Below are positions 1 through 13,076 of a DNA stretch of 63,942 nt, piece after piece. The notes under the pieces were generated by a model. That model was not told the origin of the DNA. It ran no database searches and saw nothing but the letters and a program-made list of their open reading frames with translations. The stretch is from contig JARDVH010000132.1 of assembly GCA_030324005.1 (NCBI GenBank), positions 118,533,600 through 118,597,541 of the forward strand. The letters are read 5' to 3'. This DNA is from Negaprion brevirostris (Eukaryota). Every line of letters begins with the position of its first letter. The stretch's first letter is position 1. The position numbers and the translations under genes were made by a program.

Positions 1-1660
1 CTGCAACTTTTCACCATTTAAATAATATTCCATCCTACTATTATTTCTTCCAAAGTGGATAACCTCACATTTGCTAACGTTATACTCCATCTGCCAGATC
101 CTCGCCCACTCACTCAGCCTATCCAGATCTCTCTGCAGACTTTCCGCGCCTTCCACGTAATTCGCTTTTCCGCTCATCTTCGTGTCATCAACAAATTTTG
201 TTACCCTACACTCAGCCCCCTCCTCCAGATCGTCTCAGTAAATGGTAAACAGTTGAGACTCCAGCACCGATCAATCCCTGCGGCACGCCACTAGTCACCA
301 ACTGCCAACCAGAAAAGCACCCATTTATTCCAACTCTCTGCTTTCTGTTAGATAGCCAATCCTCAATCCAAGCTAACACCTTACCCACAACTCCGTGTAC
401 CTCAATCTTCTGCAGCAACCTTTTGTGAGGCACCATATCAAATGCCTTCTGGAAATCTAAAAACACTGCATCCATCAGTTCCCCTCTGTCAACTGCACTC
501 ATTACATCTTCATAAAAATCCAGTAAATTTGTCAAACACGACTTTCCCTTTGTGAATCCATGCTGTGTCTGCTTGATCAAACCATTCTTTTCCAGGAGTC
601 CTGCTATTTTTCTTTAATGATGGATTCCAGCATTTTCCCAATTATGGACGTTAAACTAATCGGCCTGTAGTTACCCGCCCTTCGTCTACTTCCTTTTTTA
701 AACAGCAGCGTAATATTAGCTGTTTTCCAATCAGCCAGCACTTCCCCAGAGTCCAGCAAATTTTGATAAATTATTACTAACGTATCTGCTATTACTTCTG
801 CTATTTCTTTCAGTACCGTGGGATGCATTCCAGCCAGGCCCGGGGACTTGTCTACCTTTAGTCCCATTAGCCTACCAAGCACTACCTCTTTAGTAATAGT
901 AATCATTTTAAGGTCCTCACCCCCTACAGTCCCACAACCATCAATTATCGTTAAGCTATTTGTGTCCTCTACCGTGAAGACCGACACAAAAAACTTGTTT
1001 AAGGCGTCAGCCGTTTCCTCGTTTCCCATTATTAAATCCCCCTTCTAGTCTTCTAAGGGTCCAACATTTACTTTAGCCACTCTTTTCCTTTTTATATGTT
1101 TGTAAAAACTTTTGCTATCAGTTTTTGTATTTTGTGCTAGTGTAGTTTCATAATCTATCGTTCCTTTCTTTATTGCTTTCTGAGTAGTTCTTTGTTGTTT
1201 TTTAAAGCTTTTCCAATCTTCTAATTCCCCACTAGTTTTGGCTACTCTGTACACATCAGTTTTTAATTTAATACTCTCCTTTATCTCCTTAGTTATCCGC
1301 GGCTGGTTATCCCTTTTCTTACATTCCTTCTTTATCACCGGGATATATTTTTGCTGAGTACTGGGAAAAATCTCCTTAAAAATCCTCCACTGTTCTTCAG
1401 CTGTCCTACCAACTAGTCTGTGCTCCCAGTCTACATTAGCCAATTCTGTCCTCATCCTATCGTACCCCCCTCTATTCAAGCAGAGGACACTGGTTTGGGA
1501 CCCTACTTTCTCACCCTCCACCTGTATTAGAAATTCAACCATAATGTGATCACTCATCCCAAGAGAGATCACTCATCCCATCCTCATAAGAAGATCTTTA
1601 ATTCTACCTGTCTCATTACACAGGACCAGATCCAAGATAACTTGCTCCCTCGTAGGTTCA
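1..1660 (-). mobile_element. CR1 LINE ORF2 (endonuclease end, tether, RT), frameshifted, relatively young
   Basis: ORFs 1045-1572, 604-1029 and 212-580 give SDHIMVEF, KSPGLAGMHP, GNYRPISLTSIIGKMLE, QHGFTKGKSCLTNL, FLDFQKAFD, SGVPQG. Confidence 0.95.
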
Positions 1661-1764
1661 AGGTTCATGTACGATGAAATGATCCATCTTGTTGATAGAG
1701 CTGATACGATCCTTCCCTGTCCATTCTCACGTAATGGATATGAAAAATTGCTTTAAAAAATTCA

Positions 1765-2915
1765 ATAATTGGATGTGGATGCCTCTGACAAGACCAGCAT
1801 TTATTGCCCCTTTCTGATTGCCCTTCAGAAAGTAGTGGTGGGCTGCCTTCTTGAACAGCTACAGTCTATAGTATTGTGAAGGCATTTCCAGCATCCTGCT
1901 AGAGTAGGCAGTTTTAGGATTCTGGCCCAGTGATACATTTCCAGGGCAGAATGATGTGTTACTTGGAGGGGACCCTTCAGGTGGTGATGTTCTCATGCAC
2001 CAGCTATCTTTGTCCTTCTAGATGGTAGAAGTTGTAGGAGTGTTTGGTGCTGATGAAAGAGCTTTGATAAATTGCTGCAACATATCTTGTGGATGGTACA
2101 CACTGAAGCCACATTGCATAGTGTTGGGAGTCATTGTTTAAATTTCGGGTGGGATATCAATCAGTGGCACTGTTTAATTGTTCCGGATGGTACGTTCGAA
2201 TATTGTTTAAGCTGCCTTCATCCAGGGAAGATTATTCTATCACACTTGTTTGGCCATGTAGCTGACTATTGGAATCAGGAGGTGAGTCACTTCACCCTCC
2301 TCTTGTAGTTGTAGTATTCATTTGGCTGGTCCAGTTCAGTTTGTGGTCAATAGTAGCTCCCGGGTATTTGGGATTTTTGATGCTAATTATGCCATTGAAT
2401 ATCAAGGGGAGGAGGTAGTTAAATTCTGCCCTGCTGGGCATGGTTATTGCCTTATATGATATAAACGTTCCATGCTACTTATCAGCTCAAGTTGGGTGCT
2501 GTCCAGATCTTGTTGCATGTGGACACAGACTTCATTATCTGAGGAGTTCAGAGTGGAAGTGAACATTGCACAGTCATTGGTGAACATTTTTGACCTTATA
2601 ATGAGGGAAGATCATTGATGAAGCGGTAAAGATGATTGAACCTAATACAATGCCTTAAGGAACTCCTGCAATGATACTCTGGGGCTAAATGATTAGTTCT
2701 TAATTAATACAATCATTCTTTGTGCTAGGTATGACTCCAACTAATTGATTCCCCCTTTTTCCCATCAGTTTTCCTTTTGATCCCCTTGGTTTTTTAGAGG
2801 GTTCCTTAATACTGCACCTGGTCAAATGCTATCTTGATATCAAGGGAATTCAATCTCATCTTGAAAATCAATTCATTTTCCTTGTTTGGACCAATGTTAC
2901 AATGAGGTTGAGAGC
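1765..2915 (-). mobile_element. CR1/L2-group LINE (second family, here called family B), decayed 3' portion
   Basis: Reverse complement matches the + strand copies at 17712-18840 and 57852-59632, including the 3' tail CACCACC...AAGGGCAAT...AATAAATGCTGG. Confidence 0.8.
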
Positions 2916-4549
2916 CTATGACAATGTTGAGCTGCTATTCAGGCTTTAAACTTGCAGATTGTTTCTACATTTAGAAAGATAATAAAAATCCTGATTTATA
3001 AATTGACCTTATACACAGTACAGCCCTTCCAAATGACCTAGTAAGCCAGTCAGTCATATCAAACCAATATAAATAATACCAAAAATGTAAAAATGTTTAG
3101 CTGCTTGTTCCAGCTAGTGACTGCTATTGTGAATATTCTTAAAAATTTGAGGAAAAGATTGATGAAATGCACAGTGAAATTATCTGAGGGTCAATTGACT
3201 AAGACAACCATTGCTTCTCCCTTATGCAGATGTCTTGCAGTATAATGTTGAAGAGTTCACCAGAATTATTTATTTTTGTATGTATTTGTCATGCACTCCA
3301 GCAAAATCCATCCATTGTTTACAGAATGTATGGTAATCACTACTTCAATGGGCATGGTACTAAGCAACCTCAGGAAAGACTCCTGTAAATAACTCTATGT
3401 TCACCACCATTTCTTTTTTTACTCACTGTGAGAAAATATCCTCATTATGTCAAGTATTGGCAGTGCTGTACATTTTAGAGGTTTTGAAGTATAAAACCCT
3501 TTAACTTAAGTTCCAAATTCTTAACTTATGGCAATGTGATCTTTAATTGTACCTGATTTAATAAAGTATGAATAATTCGTATTCATGAATCAAGTAGAAT
3601 TTATTAAGCAAGATGTAATATTCACTCCACAAAAATTAGCAATGACTAACAGGATTCTAGGATTTTGCCTCTAAAATAATGGTGGGGACGCATTGATCTC
3701 CGTTTGCTGATGGCCATAATCCCAATTGTCCGCTGAATCGGTGTCAGGGCTAAAAACAGGATTCCCGCTGGAATTCACCTGACCTGCCCCCCCAGTTCAG
3801 ATCGGATTCCCGCTGGATCAGGTGGCAAGCTGATTAATATGCAAACCTCCTAATTGTAATACAGTTAGCAGGTTTGAAATCCTATTTACTTGCTATCACC
3901 AGCCTCTCTAGTGGGAAATGCACCAGGTGAGCTTTGGATTGGTCATCACCAATATGGATCTGGCATGCTGGACCCCAAGGGTCCAGGGGAACACCACGAA
4001 GGAGGCCACACGAGCCAAAGTTACACATCCCGGTTGACTGAACCACTACCATCTACAATCTCTGTCACTTCCCTAAAGTTCTACCCTTCCTGACTAACAA
4101 TTGTCCAGATGAAAGTGTCCCAATAAACACTCAGAAATGATCTGGCAGGTCAGTGGGATATCCTGAAAAAGTCAGGAGTCAGCCTTTTGTGACACTGAGG
4201 AGCACCAAGCTTTCTTCACAGTGAGTCTTAGTACTGTTCTGCCTTGCGAGCAGACTCGCTGACACCGTCAACCCAGACCAGTCACCCTGGTGTGATGTAA
4301 TAGTGACCCTTGGACTGGGGAAGGGGGAGCATACATCTTGGGACAGGGGAGAGGTTTGGGACGAATAGAGGAAGGCCAGGGTTGTGGAAGGGGGATGACA
4401 AGGGTTGGGTGAAATGGGGGAAGACAAGGGTTTGGAGGGGAGAGGAAAGATCAGAGTTGGGAGGAAGGGGGAATATCCTGAAGCAAGGAAGGTTTTTTGG
4501 GTAAGGGGCTGGTGGGGTGTGAGGATTGTGAGGGAAAGATTTAGCAGCA

Positions 4550-5801
4550 GGACATGATTGCCCTAGGTGGTGAATCTGGGAACTGTGAGTGCCTCCCCGC
4601 TTCTGCGGCCCTGTAACTCCCCGGCCAATGCATGTCCACCATCCTCTGGGTCCTCCTCAGGCTCCTCCTCTGCCATTTCCAGGTTGTCATCCTCGTCCTC
4701 CTCGTCGGAGATCTCCTGTCCCTCCGCCTCCTCATCCATCACTGTGTTGCCCCACTGCTGGGCAAGATGGTATAGTGCACAACGATCTTTGAGGCCTTCT
4801 GGGGATTGTATTGAAGAGCCCTGCCAGAGCGGTCCAAATACAGAACTGCATATTTGGAAGGCATGCCCTGCTTGATGATGCTCCTGCTGGCAGACTGGTC
4901 CTCATTGTAACAGGTTTCTGCCTTGGTCTGGGGCCTTCACACAGGTGTCATTAGCCACAACCTCAGTGGATAATCCTTGTCCTCCACCAGCCAGTCCCTG
5001 AGTTGAGGCTGAACCTCAAAAACACCAAGTTCCCAGGATGTCGCCATCATGCATGTTCCCAAGATAATGTGCACAGTCGTGCATGATATTCAACTGGTGG
5101 TCAAACACCAGCTGTATGTTTAGGGAGTGCAAGTGTTAATTAAGGGCCTTCTGTTATGATTTGGTGCTTTAAGGGTGACGTGTGTCATTGATTGCCCACT
5201 AGACCTGGGGCATCCTGGCAATGGTACTGAATCCTGCAGCCAGGGCATCCGGTTGGCTTGGTCCAAGTTGAATGAAATGTATTCCACTTCCCAAGCATTC
5301 AGGGCATCTGCGACCTGATGAATGCACTGAGGCATCCTGCACAGGCCCCCGCTCGAGCTCTGGAAAGATTCCGTGATGAAAATGTTCAGGGCAGCCACTG
5401 GGAGGGGAGTGTCTCCTCTTGGTGCCAGGTGATCAATAACCTGGCATAGGTGTCACACTATCTCTTTTTGAAGGTGTAGTTTTCTGCAGTACATGTTCTC
5501 CAGCAGCTCCTGAAAGACCAGGATCTACAGGATCTTTTATAGATTTAGGGTCTACAGTCCCAATGTCTTATTTCCGCCTCCTTGGCCTAATGGTCGGCCA
5601 GCACCTGAGCCTCTGAGGCAATCCTGTGATCTTCCGTGGCTGGCTCCTGTGATGCTGGGTCATTCCTGGGCTGGCCTAGGGGCTGTTGCCATTTTCTACA
5701 TGCCTTAGTGCCAGTCAGCAATAATAATAATCAAAATCAAAATTCCAAATCAAAATTTTGAAAATCAAAAATTCAAATCAAAATTCCAAATCAAAATTCA
5801 T
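4550..5801 (-). pseudogene. Harbinger (HARBI1-like, DDE_Tnp_4) transposase relic with stops and frameshifts
   Basis: Minus-strand motifs AALNIF..SFQ, THVTLKAP, NIQLVFDH, MHDGDIL, WLVEDKDYPLRLWLMTP, YNE, and an acidic C-terminal tail. Confidence 0.85.
5729..5800. repeat. Degenerate tandem repeat of about 14 bp (CAAATCAAAATTC-like), about 5 copies
   Basis: tcaaaatcaaaattccaaatcaaaattttgaaaatcaaaaattcaaatcaaaattccaaatcaaaattca. Confidence 0.85.
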
Positions 5802-8189
5802 CTTCTACCTGTGAGGGCATGGAAAAGGGAGAGAGAGAGAAAGCAGTAAAAAGAGACAGTCAGCAATGTTATCTATCTTTTTACTTCAGTGTTTTCCCTT
5901 GTCCTGTCTGGTGCAGTGGTTGGAGGCTGACCAACCTGGGCATTCCCCCTCAGGCAGCAATTCTTTACAGTAGCTGCTGTCTCCACCAGCGAGCTTGCAT
6001 GGTGAGGCTGATGCCCCATGTCCCCTCATCTTGTTTCATAGCCTCATGTACTTATCATTTATCCCATCACAATGCCTGAAAGTGCTGGACATTTGGTTGC
6101 CCCATGGCCCTGCCTGTAACTACCTTTAACCTTGACCCTTGACTTGGTCTTCCCCTGGGGAATTGCAGTCTCCTCAACAATGAGGGACGATGCCAAGAGG
6201 ATGAATGATAGGATGAAGGAAAGAGGACACATCTTGGTCTCACAGGTGAGAAAGGTTGCCTGCTGAAACCCCCTGGGTGAGCATCACTGAATCTTACCTG
6301 AAGCAGTTTCGGTGACTGCCTAGAAGCGGTGATCAGTTGCATGACATGGAAATTAGTAGTACTTTATTCCTTCAACAACCCTGACCCCTTCCAGGAATTA
6401 CAGAAAACATTACAGCTCTCAGCCATCAGGGTGTTGATGGGGCACCCCTTGGCTTGTAATGTCTCAGTTCTCGTAATCTCTCCCTCTCATATGACAAGCA
6501 TGAGGGCTCAATGCTTGGTTTCATGAGCATTACTGTGTCCTTTCCCAGTGTCTCCTGAGGGATCTGTGGGGCCGGGGGGTGGGTGGTTTTGGGGTAGTCC
6601 TTGATGAGGTACCCTTGTGAACTCTGGTATGGCTGTGGCAGGTGAATGTGTGGACTAGGTGTTTATTCTTTGCAGCCAAGCATCTCCTCATGAAGAGGCT
6701 GCAATCATGCCACAGATTGAAGGATTTCTTTGGCAAGAGATTTGAATCTATAATGGAAGCTGAGCTGCAGTATCCCAAATGTGAGTTCTGTTAGAAAGCT
6801 TGGTTGAGATTCAGCAAGGTTCTGAAAGAGTTAATGATAGCTAGTGGGATATGGAGGAGACTAGAAGGAGCAGCTGCTAGGCAGGGGTAGAGAGCCACAT
6901 CCTTCATGAGGCATCCCCTGACGGTCTCAGCGATGTGGCTTTTTACATAATATGGGCTACTTGGCAGCACATTGTTCACCTGCCATCGGGACATTTGATT
7001 CCGTGTGCAGTAACTTTTCCGAATTCCCTCTCTCATCTGATATGGGACTGTCATGAGGGGAGTTCCATGAGTTGCCCCAAGTGTCTACACTAATGTAGGT
7101 TTTCAAGGGAGACCTTGGGTCACCGAATTTACTGTGCATGGGATCAGTTAATGGAGAGCTGCTCTGAGTTCAGGGTTTCTTTGAGGCTAAGATTAGATCA
7201 GACTGTGGGTACAGAATTGGTACAAGTTTACAGGGATGCAGATAGTCTTGGTGTATATAGGTTTATATCGAGCCTATAACTGTAAGCTGAAAGAGGATAC
7301 AGAGAGGTGTACCATTTTAGCTACTATTGAAACTAACATGGATGGGGTACCTGCCAAACCTCAGAAGCTGAATGAATGTGGTCTGCCAAGGCTTCTCCAT
7401 TACAGGGATGGGGGACTTCCCCCCCAACAACCTCGAAAGATCACTCCCTTCCCTTTAACTCAACCCCTCCCTCCCCCCACTTGCCTCAGTTGAAATGCAG
7501 AACTCCCCCAGCAGTTTTTAAATGATCACTTATATCCTTGTTTGCCCCCAGATATCTGCCAGGTCCCCGCTTTTGAAAAGCAACACCAAATGACGCCTGC
7601 ATGCCTTCCGGCAAAGAGGCGGGATGCATGGCAGGAGGACACTGCATGAGCTGACTGGCCTGCCAATGACATTGAAACGAGGGATTTTGAATAATTATTG
7701 GGTTACTGCTGCTCTGGGCAGGAACCCAAATTGAGGTTGTTGGCGTAGATTGGGCAAATCCTGATTGCCTTGACAGTTGTAGGGAATCCTGATTTTTATC
7801 CAACGTCCCAATTTATGGAGTATCGGGATTCCTGCAGGCCACCTCATGAGGCTGAAGAATCCTGCCCNNNNNNNNNNNNNNNNNNNNNNNNNNNNNNNNN
7901 NNNNNNNNNNNNNNNNNNNNNNNNNNNNNNNNNNNNNNNNNNNNNNNNNNNNNNNNNNNNNNNNNNNAGGCCACCTCATGAGGCTGAAGAATCCTGCCCA
8001 ATGTCAAGAAATAAATTACTTTTATTAACATCCAGATTTCTGCCCTACAGGTATGATTAATCAATGAGGCATTTAGTAGGGGGCAATACGTTGAATGGTT
8101 AGCATCACTAATAGTAGTCTACACTGCTTAAAGTTATGGGAGATGCATTATAGCTAGCAGGTGCTGGCTGGGAGTTGTCGAAGAGAATC

Positions 8190-10440
8190 TGATATGTGAA
8201 AGGATAAGGAATGATACCACAAGGGCTTCAAGGTTTTCAGATGCTGCACAGGAGCTTTGATGGAAGAAGTGGAAAAGAGGAGAGATGGCACAGAGGGAAG
8301 CTCTCCAGACACACCATCAGAAAGCAATGGAAGTAGATAGATGTGGAAACCAATGTCAGTACTCAAGCCCTGAGGACCTGGATGCACTGTCCCAAGAAAT
8401 TCAATGGTCTCACTTGCTTCATCAAGGTAGGTGAATGCATTTTCAAATGCCATTTCCTATCAACTGCACTGGCCACTTCAGCAACTGATCAGTTCACAAC
8501 ACCCCATCATACATCTAACAACAATATCTATCAATCAGGGCTCAAGCTTAACATTCATATATATCACCTCACCTTTTTAGAACTGCTGCAAGCCCCACAC
8601 CCACATTTTACAGATTGTGCACGCTGCTGGCTATTCACCCATGACAACAAATCCCTCAGATAGATGGTGCATTACACTCAATGTACACCTCCCTCTCACT
8701 TGCAGGACAAGGTGGTGCACAATTGGAGGGAGCAGAAACTAATCTTGTATTCAATAAAAGTCAACCATATCATGAAACAAACATATGTATGGAAACACAG
8801 CACTATTAGTAATATAATTCAATAGGCTACAAAACAAACACATCAATACATGGTCAGTCAGCAAAGNNNNNNNNNNNNNNNNNNNNNNNNNNNNNNNNNN
8901 NNNNNNNNNNNNNNNNNNNNNNNNNNNNNNNNNNNNNNNNNNNNNNNNNNNNNNNNNNNNNNNNNNAGTCAGCAAAGAAGAAGAAGACTGGTTCACATTT
9001 TGTTCATCTGCACTTCCTAACTTCCATGGAGGAGATCGTGGTGGCCATTATTAAGACATCCATTCCAGAATCTCTGGCGAGTAGTGAGGCTAAAACCATC
9101 AAAGATGATGGTATTGTCATACCTAATCTTCTTTCTCACATCCCAATCATCACACTTCCCATTCATCTAACATTCTTGTCCATTCTTTAAGCAGAAGATA
9201 GTTTAAATATGCACATTTTACTGCATCATTTTTGAAGTCTTATGCTTTCTCCTTTCTAATAGTCAAGAGGTGTAGCCTGGACAGGTAGAGGAGGAACAGT
9301 GAGTGATGACAGCATCATAATTTGATTTCAATTCACAGCCACCAGCTTAGAATAGAATTTTGACAGTATGTGTATCTTGGGGGTAAATTTGAGACTGGAT
9401 CTGCATGTGATGAGACACCAGATATGAATTGCAACCAGGGTAGAGGGAAAGGATAGAGTAGGTGTCAGTTTGCCTGGGGAAGATTTCACACATGAGTTCC
9501 ATTGAAGAGTATGCAGATGACAACATTGATGAAACAGCAGCAGAAGATCACTGATGGGAATGAAAACCGAAATGTTCAATGAGAAACTTGCCAGACAACT
9601 TGTGATTAATATCAAGGAGTATGAAGGCATCCAGCATCATACTGGCACAGAACTTTGCATGTAGATTAGAATCCATCATTTCCAGCATGGAAATAGTGGG
9701 CAACAGCATTTTTCACATTCTTGGATCCAAGCATGATGGTGGGTAGGATTTTACACACCCTTGTGGTGCATTTTGTGGTGGCAGAGGTGGCCATTCTTCT
9801 CGTCCTCCACTGTTAATGGGGTTTCCCATTATTTGTACCCTCCCCAGCCAGGGACCCGCAGTAGTGTTGCCGTTGCTGGGACTGGGCAATCCTGCTGGTA
9901 GGAACAGCCGGAAAATCTTGTTGTAGCTGCCAATGCAGCATTAGCAGTAGCTACCCAGCATTTGGGTTCTCCAGCAGATGTTCAGATATCTGTGATGAAA
10001 GATCAGCTTGATGTTATGCAAATACATCTGCTGCCACCATGTCTGTGGATTATAGTATACAAGAAAGTTAACAGACTGTCCAGCAATCTATCTTCTAACA
10101 TAATACTGGGATTACTGACACATGACTTTGGGGTAGTGGTGCCTCGGAGCACAAACCTGTTGTTCTCTCCCAGGGAGACAACATTCATACTTCCAGCCTT
10201 GGTATACCACCGCATGTTTGTGTTGCTCTATCAGTCAGCCAGCCCAGACTTCTACTGCCAATGGTGAGAAGTAGAGTCTCCAGCAAGGCCTTCTAGGTTC
10301 AGAACTATTCAAGTTTGTTCTCCAAGACAATCTATAATCTCCTCCACTGAAAGTTAGAATTTTCCAACAGCCATGCTCCAGCCAGTAGGGTAGCACTTTG
10401 TAGTAGCACTAGGACAGTCATGGAAAACAGGCACTAAGAG
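8190..10440 (+). pseudogene. Harbinger-associated Myb/SANT-like DNA-binding protein gene relic (spliced)
   Basis: ALMEEVEKRRDG...RTWMHCPKKFNGL, donor AAG|GTAGGT at 8427, acceptor tgcAG| at 8705, then DKVVHNWREQK and LTSMEEIVVAII; typical of Myb_DNA-bind_5 transposon proteins. Confidence 0.7.
9742..9920. mobile_element. Short Harbinger-type MITE inserted in the Myb relic
   Basis: Termini GGTAGGATTTT / GGAAAATCTTG. Confidence 0.5.
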
Positions 10441-12129
10441 AATGTACAAGTGTAATTTGTTGACCTTTGAATGGAACATTAAATGTTTTGATTTATAAAG
10501 TTTGTATTGGATGTTTGTTTTGTGATGGGTTGAATATTTGCACTGTAACCAAATGCATGTTAGGATGGTCAGTGATAGAGGGAAGGGAAGGTGTGAGACT
10601 GTGAATGGAGAATTGGGTTGTTATTAACGGACTTGAATATATTCTTCATGGGCAGTGGAAACAAATATTAGTGGAGGATTGTCTGCTGAATTATCTCAAT
10701 GTTTTTACTGCTAGTTTCACCTGACAAGAAAGCAACAATTGTTTCCCCGTCAAGGCCGCTGGTTAAAATAACATTGGGTATTGATAATGTAATTGGAACC
10801 CAATCTTCACTTTTAAACAAGAACCACACTAGATTCCTGTTAGTATCCTTGCTGTTTGCTTTAAGGGCAAGTTAAAAATAAAGGCCATGGCAAGGGAGCA
10901 GATTATCAGTATCATCCCTCAGGTGATTATAACTAGTCACTTAACCAGTTTCTGCCAGGCAGACAAGATTAAATCTTTAGCATGATTTGTATATTGACTG
11001 ACTAGAAAATAGCTAATTTGCTCATGTAAAGATATTCATGCTGCATTTTAAATCTCACTTCGCTCATTTGAAATAACTATATTACTCATTTGTGACTACA
11101 CTATGGAAGTACTCCAGCTGTGTGTGTCTCTCAGCTATATTTTTGTCACAACTATCTATGTTCCCTAACTCTCTAATTTAGGTTCTGATTCCGCTGGTAG
11201 ATTTCTAATTTGATCATGTGCTTTTTGTTTCAGCGCTTCCCAAAACCTGTTTAAATATTTCTAACTGTATTTCTCTCTTACCTTAATTCTGTTGTGATCT
11301 ATGTAACTATTTTCTAGTCTGGCTTTGTTTTGTTTACCATTTGTCTACCTGTTTTCAAATATCACCTATCTCTCTGCTAATGTACTTGCAGAATGCTATT
11401 CTCTTGGGCTGCCATGGAATGATTATAGCTGATACTCACTTATCAGTTATCTTTTCTCTTGTAATTATTTCAACCTCTTGCCCAGTCTTTATTTCCCAAT
11501 CGTTTCTAAACATTTATAAAGCAGATCTGAATTCTGAATCATCTTTCTCAGGTTCCACTTGAAGGTGTGAGCTATTTTTACAGCATATCCCTACTGAGGG
11601 ATAATTTAATGAATCTGCACCAAAGAAGAACAAAAAAACAAAGAACAAAAACAGCCCGGGAAACAGGCCCTTTGGCTCAACAAGCCCACGCCGCCATCTC
11701 AACACCACCAGTCCCCCTCTTCACCCACGACCCTTGTCTATTGTTTTATGGCCATCCAGATTGATGGAAACTGATTTAGGGACAATTTATTCCTGCCAGT
11801 CAGCCTAACAGCACATCTNNNNNNNNNNNNNNNNNNNNNNNNNNNNNNNNNNNNNNNNNNNNNNNNNNNNNNNNNNNNNNNNNNNNNNNNNNNNNNNNNN
11901 NNNNNNNNNNNNNNNNNNACTAACGACATGAAGCACTAGGCCAATCTCGAACAACCAAGAGCAGCCCCAGTACGACCCATCGCGCGTATGCCCCTTGTTG
12001 GACACAAGGCGGACCGACTTAAAACCTGTGAATGAAAAGGAATTGACAAGGGTCTTGGCCATTGACACCACATATCAGAAATTTGACTGAGCTCTGCCTA
12101 TATTTTTTTAATCTTTAATTTTTAACCGC

Positions 12130-12405
12130 AACAGAATTTGAGCACATAATCTAGATTGATATTCTAATACTGTACTGAGGGATTATTGTCTTGCCAGAGA
12201 TGATGTCCTTTCAGTGAAATGTGGTTCCATCTGTTTTTTCCATGGCACAAATGGACATCAAAATTCCACTGGACTCTTCAAAATAAAGCAGAAGTTATCT
12301 TAAGACACTAGCCAACATCATTCCCTCAACCAATGTCACCAGAATTAAATTAATTAGTCATTGATCTCTTTGTGGGATTTGGCTATATGTGAAAATTAGT
12401 ACACA
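12130..12405 (+). mobile_element. DeuSINE (SacSINE1/AmnSINE-like), decayed
   Basis: Deu-domain-like ...CCAACATCATTCCCTCAACCAATGTCACC...TTTGTGGGATTTGGCT; complementary to the copies at 12630-12830 and 21600-21900. Confidence 0.6.
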
Positions 12406-12629
12406 TCTGAACTTCTGCTAGGTAGCGTATGCTTGTAAACTGATTCCTCCAAACTCTACATTGCAGTATGGTTCATTAACACCCAAGTATTTTTGATTCT
12501 CCAGCATATTCAATGGCTCGAGTAGCTTTAAAGATCCATGATGCTGTACATAAATGAGTAGGAGTTTTTTTAGGGATCCTAATAAATGTTTTTCCCTCAA
12601 CGAACATCATTAAAAGAAGTGAAAAATAA

Positions 12630-12830
12630 AGGTGTGTTTATATAGTGCCTTTCACAACCTTAGGTCCCACCAAAGCACTTTGAGGTCAATTAAGTAATTT
12701 CTGAGGCACAATAAACATGCCAACCAATTTGCACCCAGCAAGCTCCCACAAACAGCAATAAGTATGACCAGATGATCTATGTTTAGTGTGTTTGATTGTG
12801 ACATTAGTATTGACCAGGACACTAGAAATA
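12630..12830 (-). mobile_element. DeuSINE (SacSINE1-like) 3' half
   Basis: CCAATTTGCACCCAGCAAGCTCCCACAAACAGCAAT...TGACCAGATGATCT is the Deu core in reverse orientation. Confidence 0.7.
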
Positions 12831-13019
12831 GATTAATTGGACATTCATTCCATTGCTCTCGATGAGGCCTTGCAGTGTACAATTTAAATGTGTTTACATA
12901 CACAAATACTAATGCAAAGTAATTAATTGCATATTGAATGCTTTGAAATTCTTATCAAGATGCAATAATATGCAANNNNNNNNNNNNNNNNNNNNNNNNN
13001 NNNNNNNNNNNNNNNNNNN

Positions 13020-13076
13020 ATCGGCGCAACTTGTGGGCCGAAGGGCCTGTTTGTGCTGTAGTGTTCTATGTTCTAT
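13020..13076 (+). repeat. CR1/HE1-type 3' end with (GTTCTAT)n tail
   Basis: GGGCCGAAGGGCCTGTTTGTGCTGTA followed by gttctat repeats. Confidence 0.75.

Larger units (their letters stand above)
3658..7999 (-). mobile_element. PIF/Harbinger DNA transposon, decayed
   Basis: Contains the transposase relic; right end AAGAATCCTGCCC is the reverse complement of the GGGC-GATT-type terminus seen at 22768; left subterminal region resembles 19945-20130. Confidence 0.75.

Noticed and set aside
7836-7999. 32-bp direct repeat flanking a 100-N gap (likewise 8855/8967 and 54860/54990)
   Set aside because: Identical sequence on both sides of fixed-length gaps indicates overlapping contig ends, an assembly artefact rather than a biological repeat or CRISPR-like array
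4550-10440. Domesticated HARBI1/NAIF1-like gene pair
   Set aside because: Both frames have multiple stops, frameshifts and nested insertions, and an apparent element terminus lies between them
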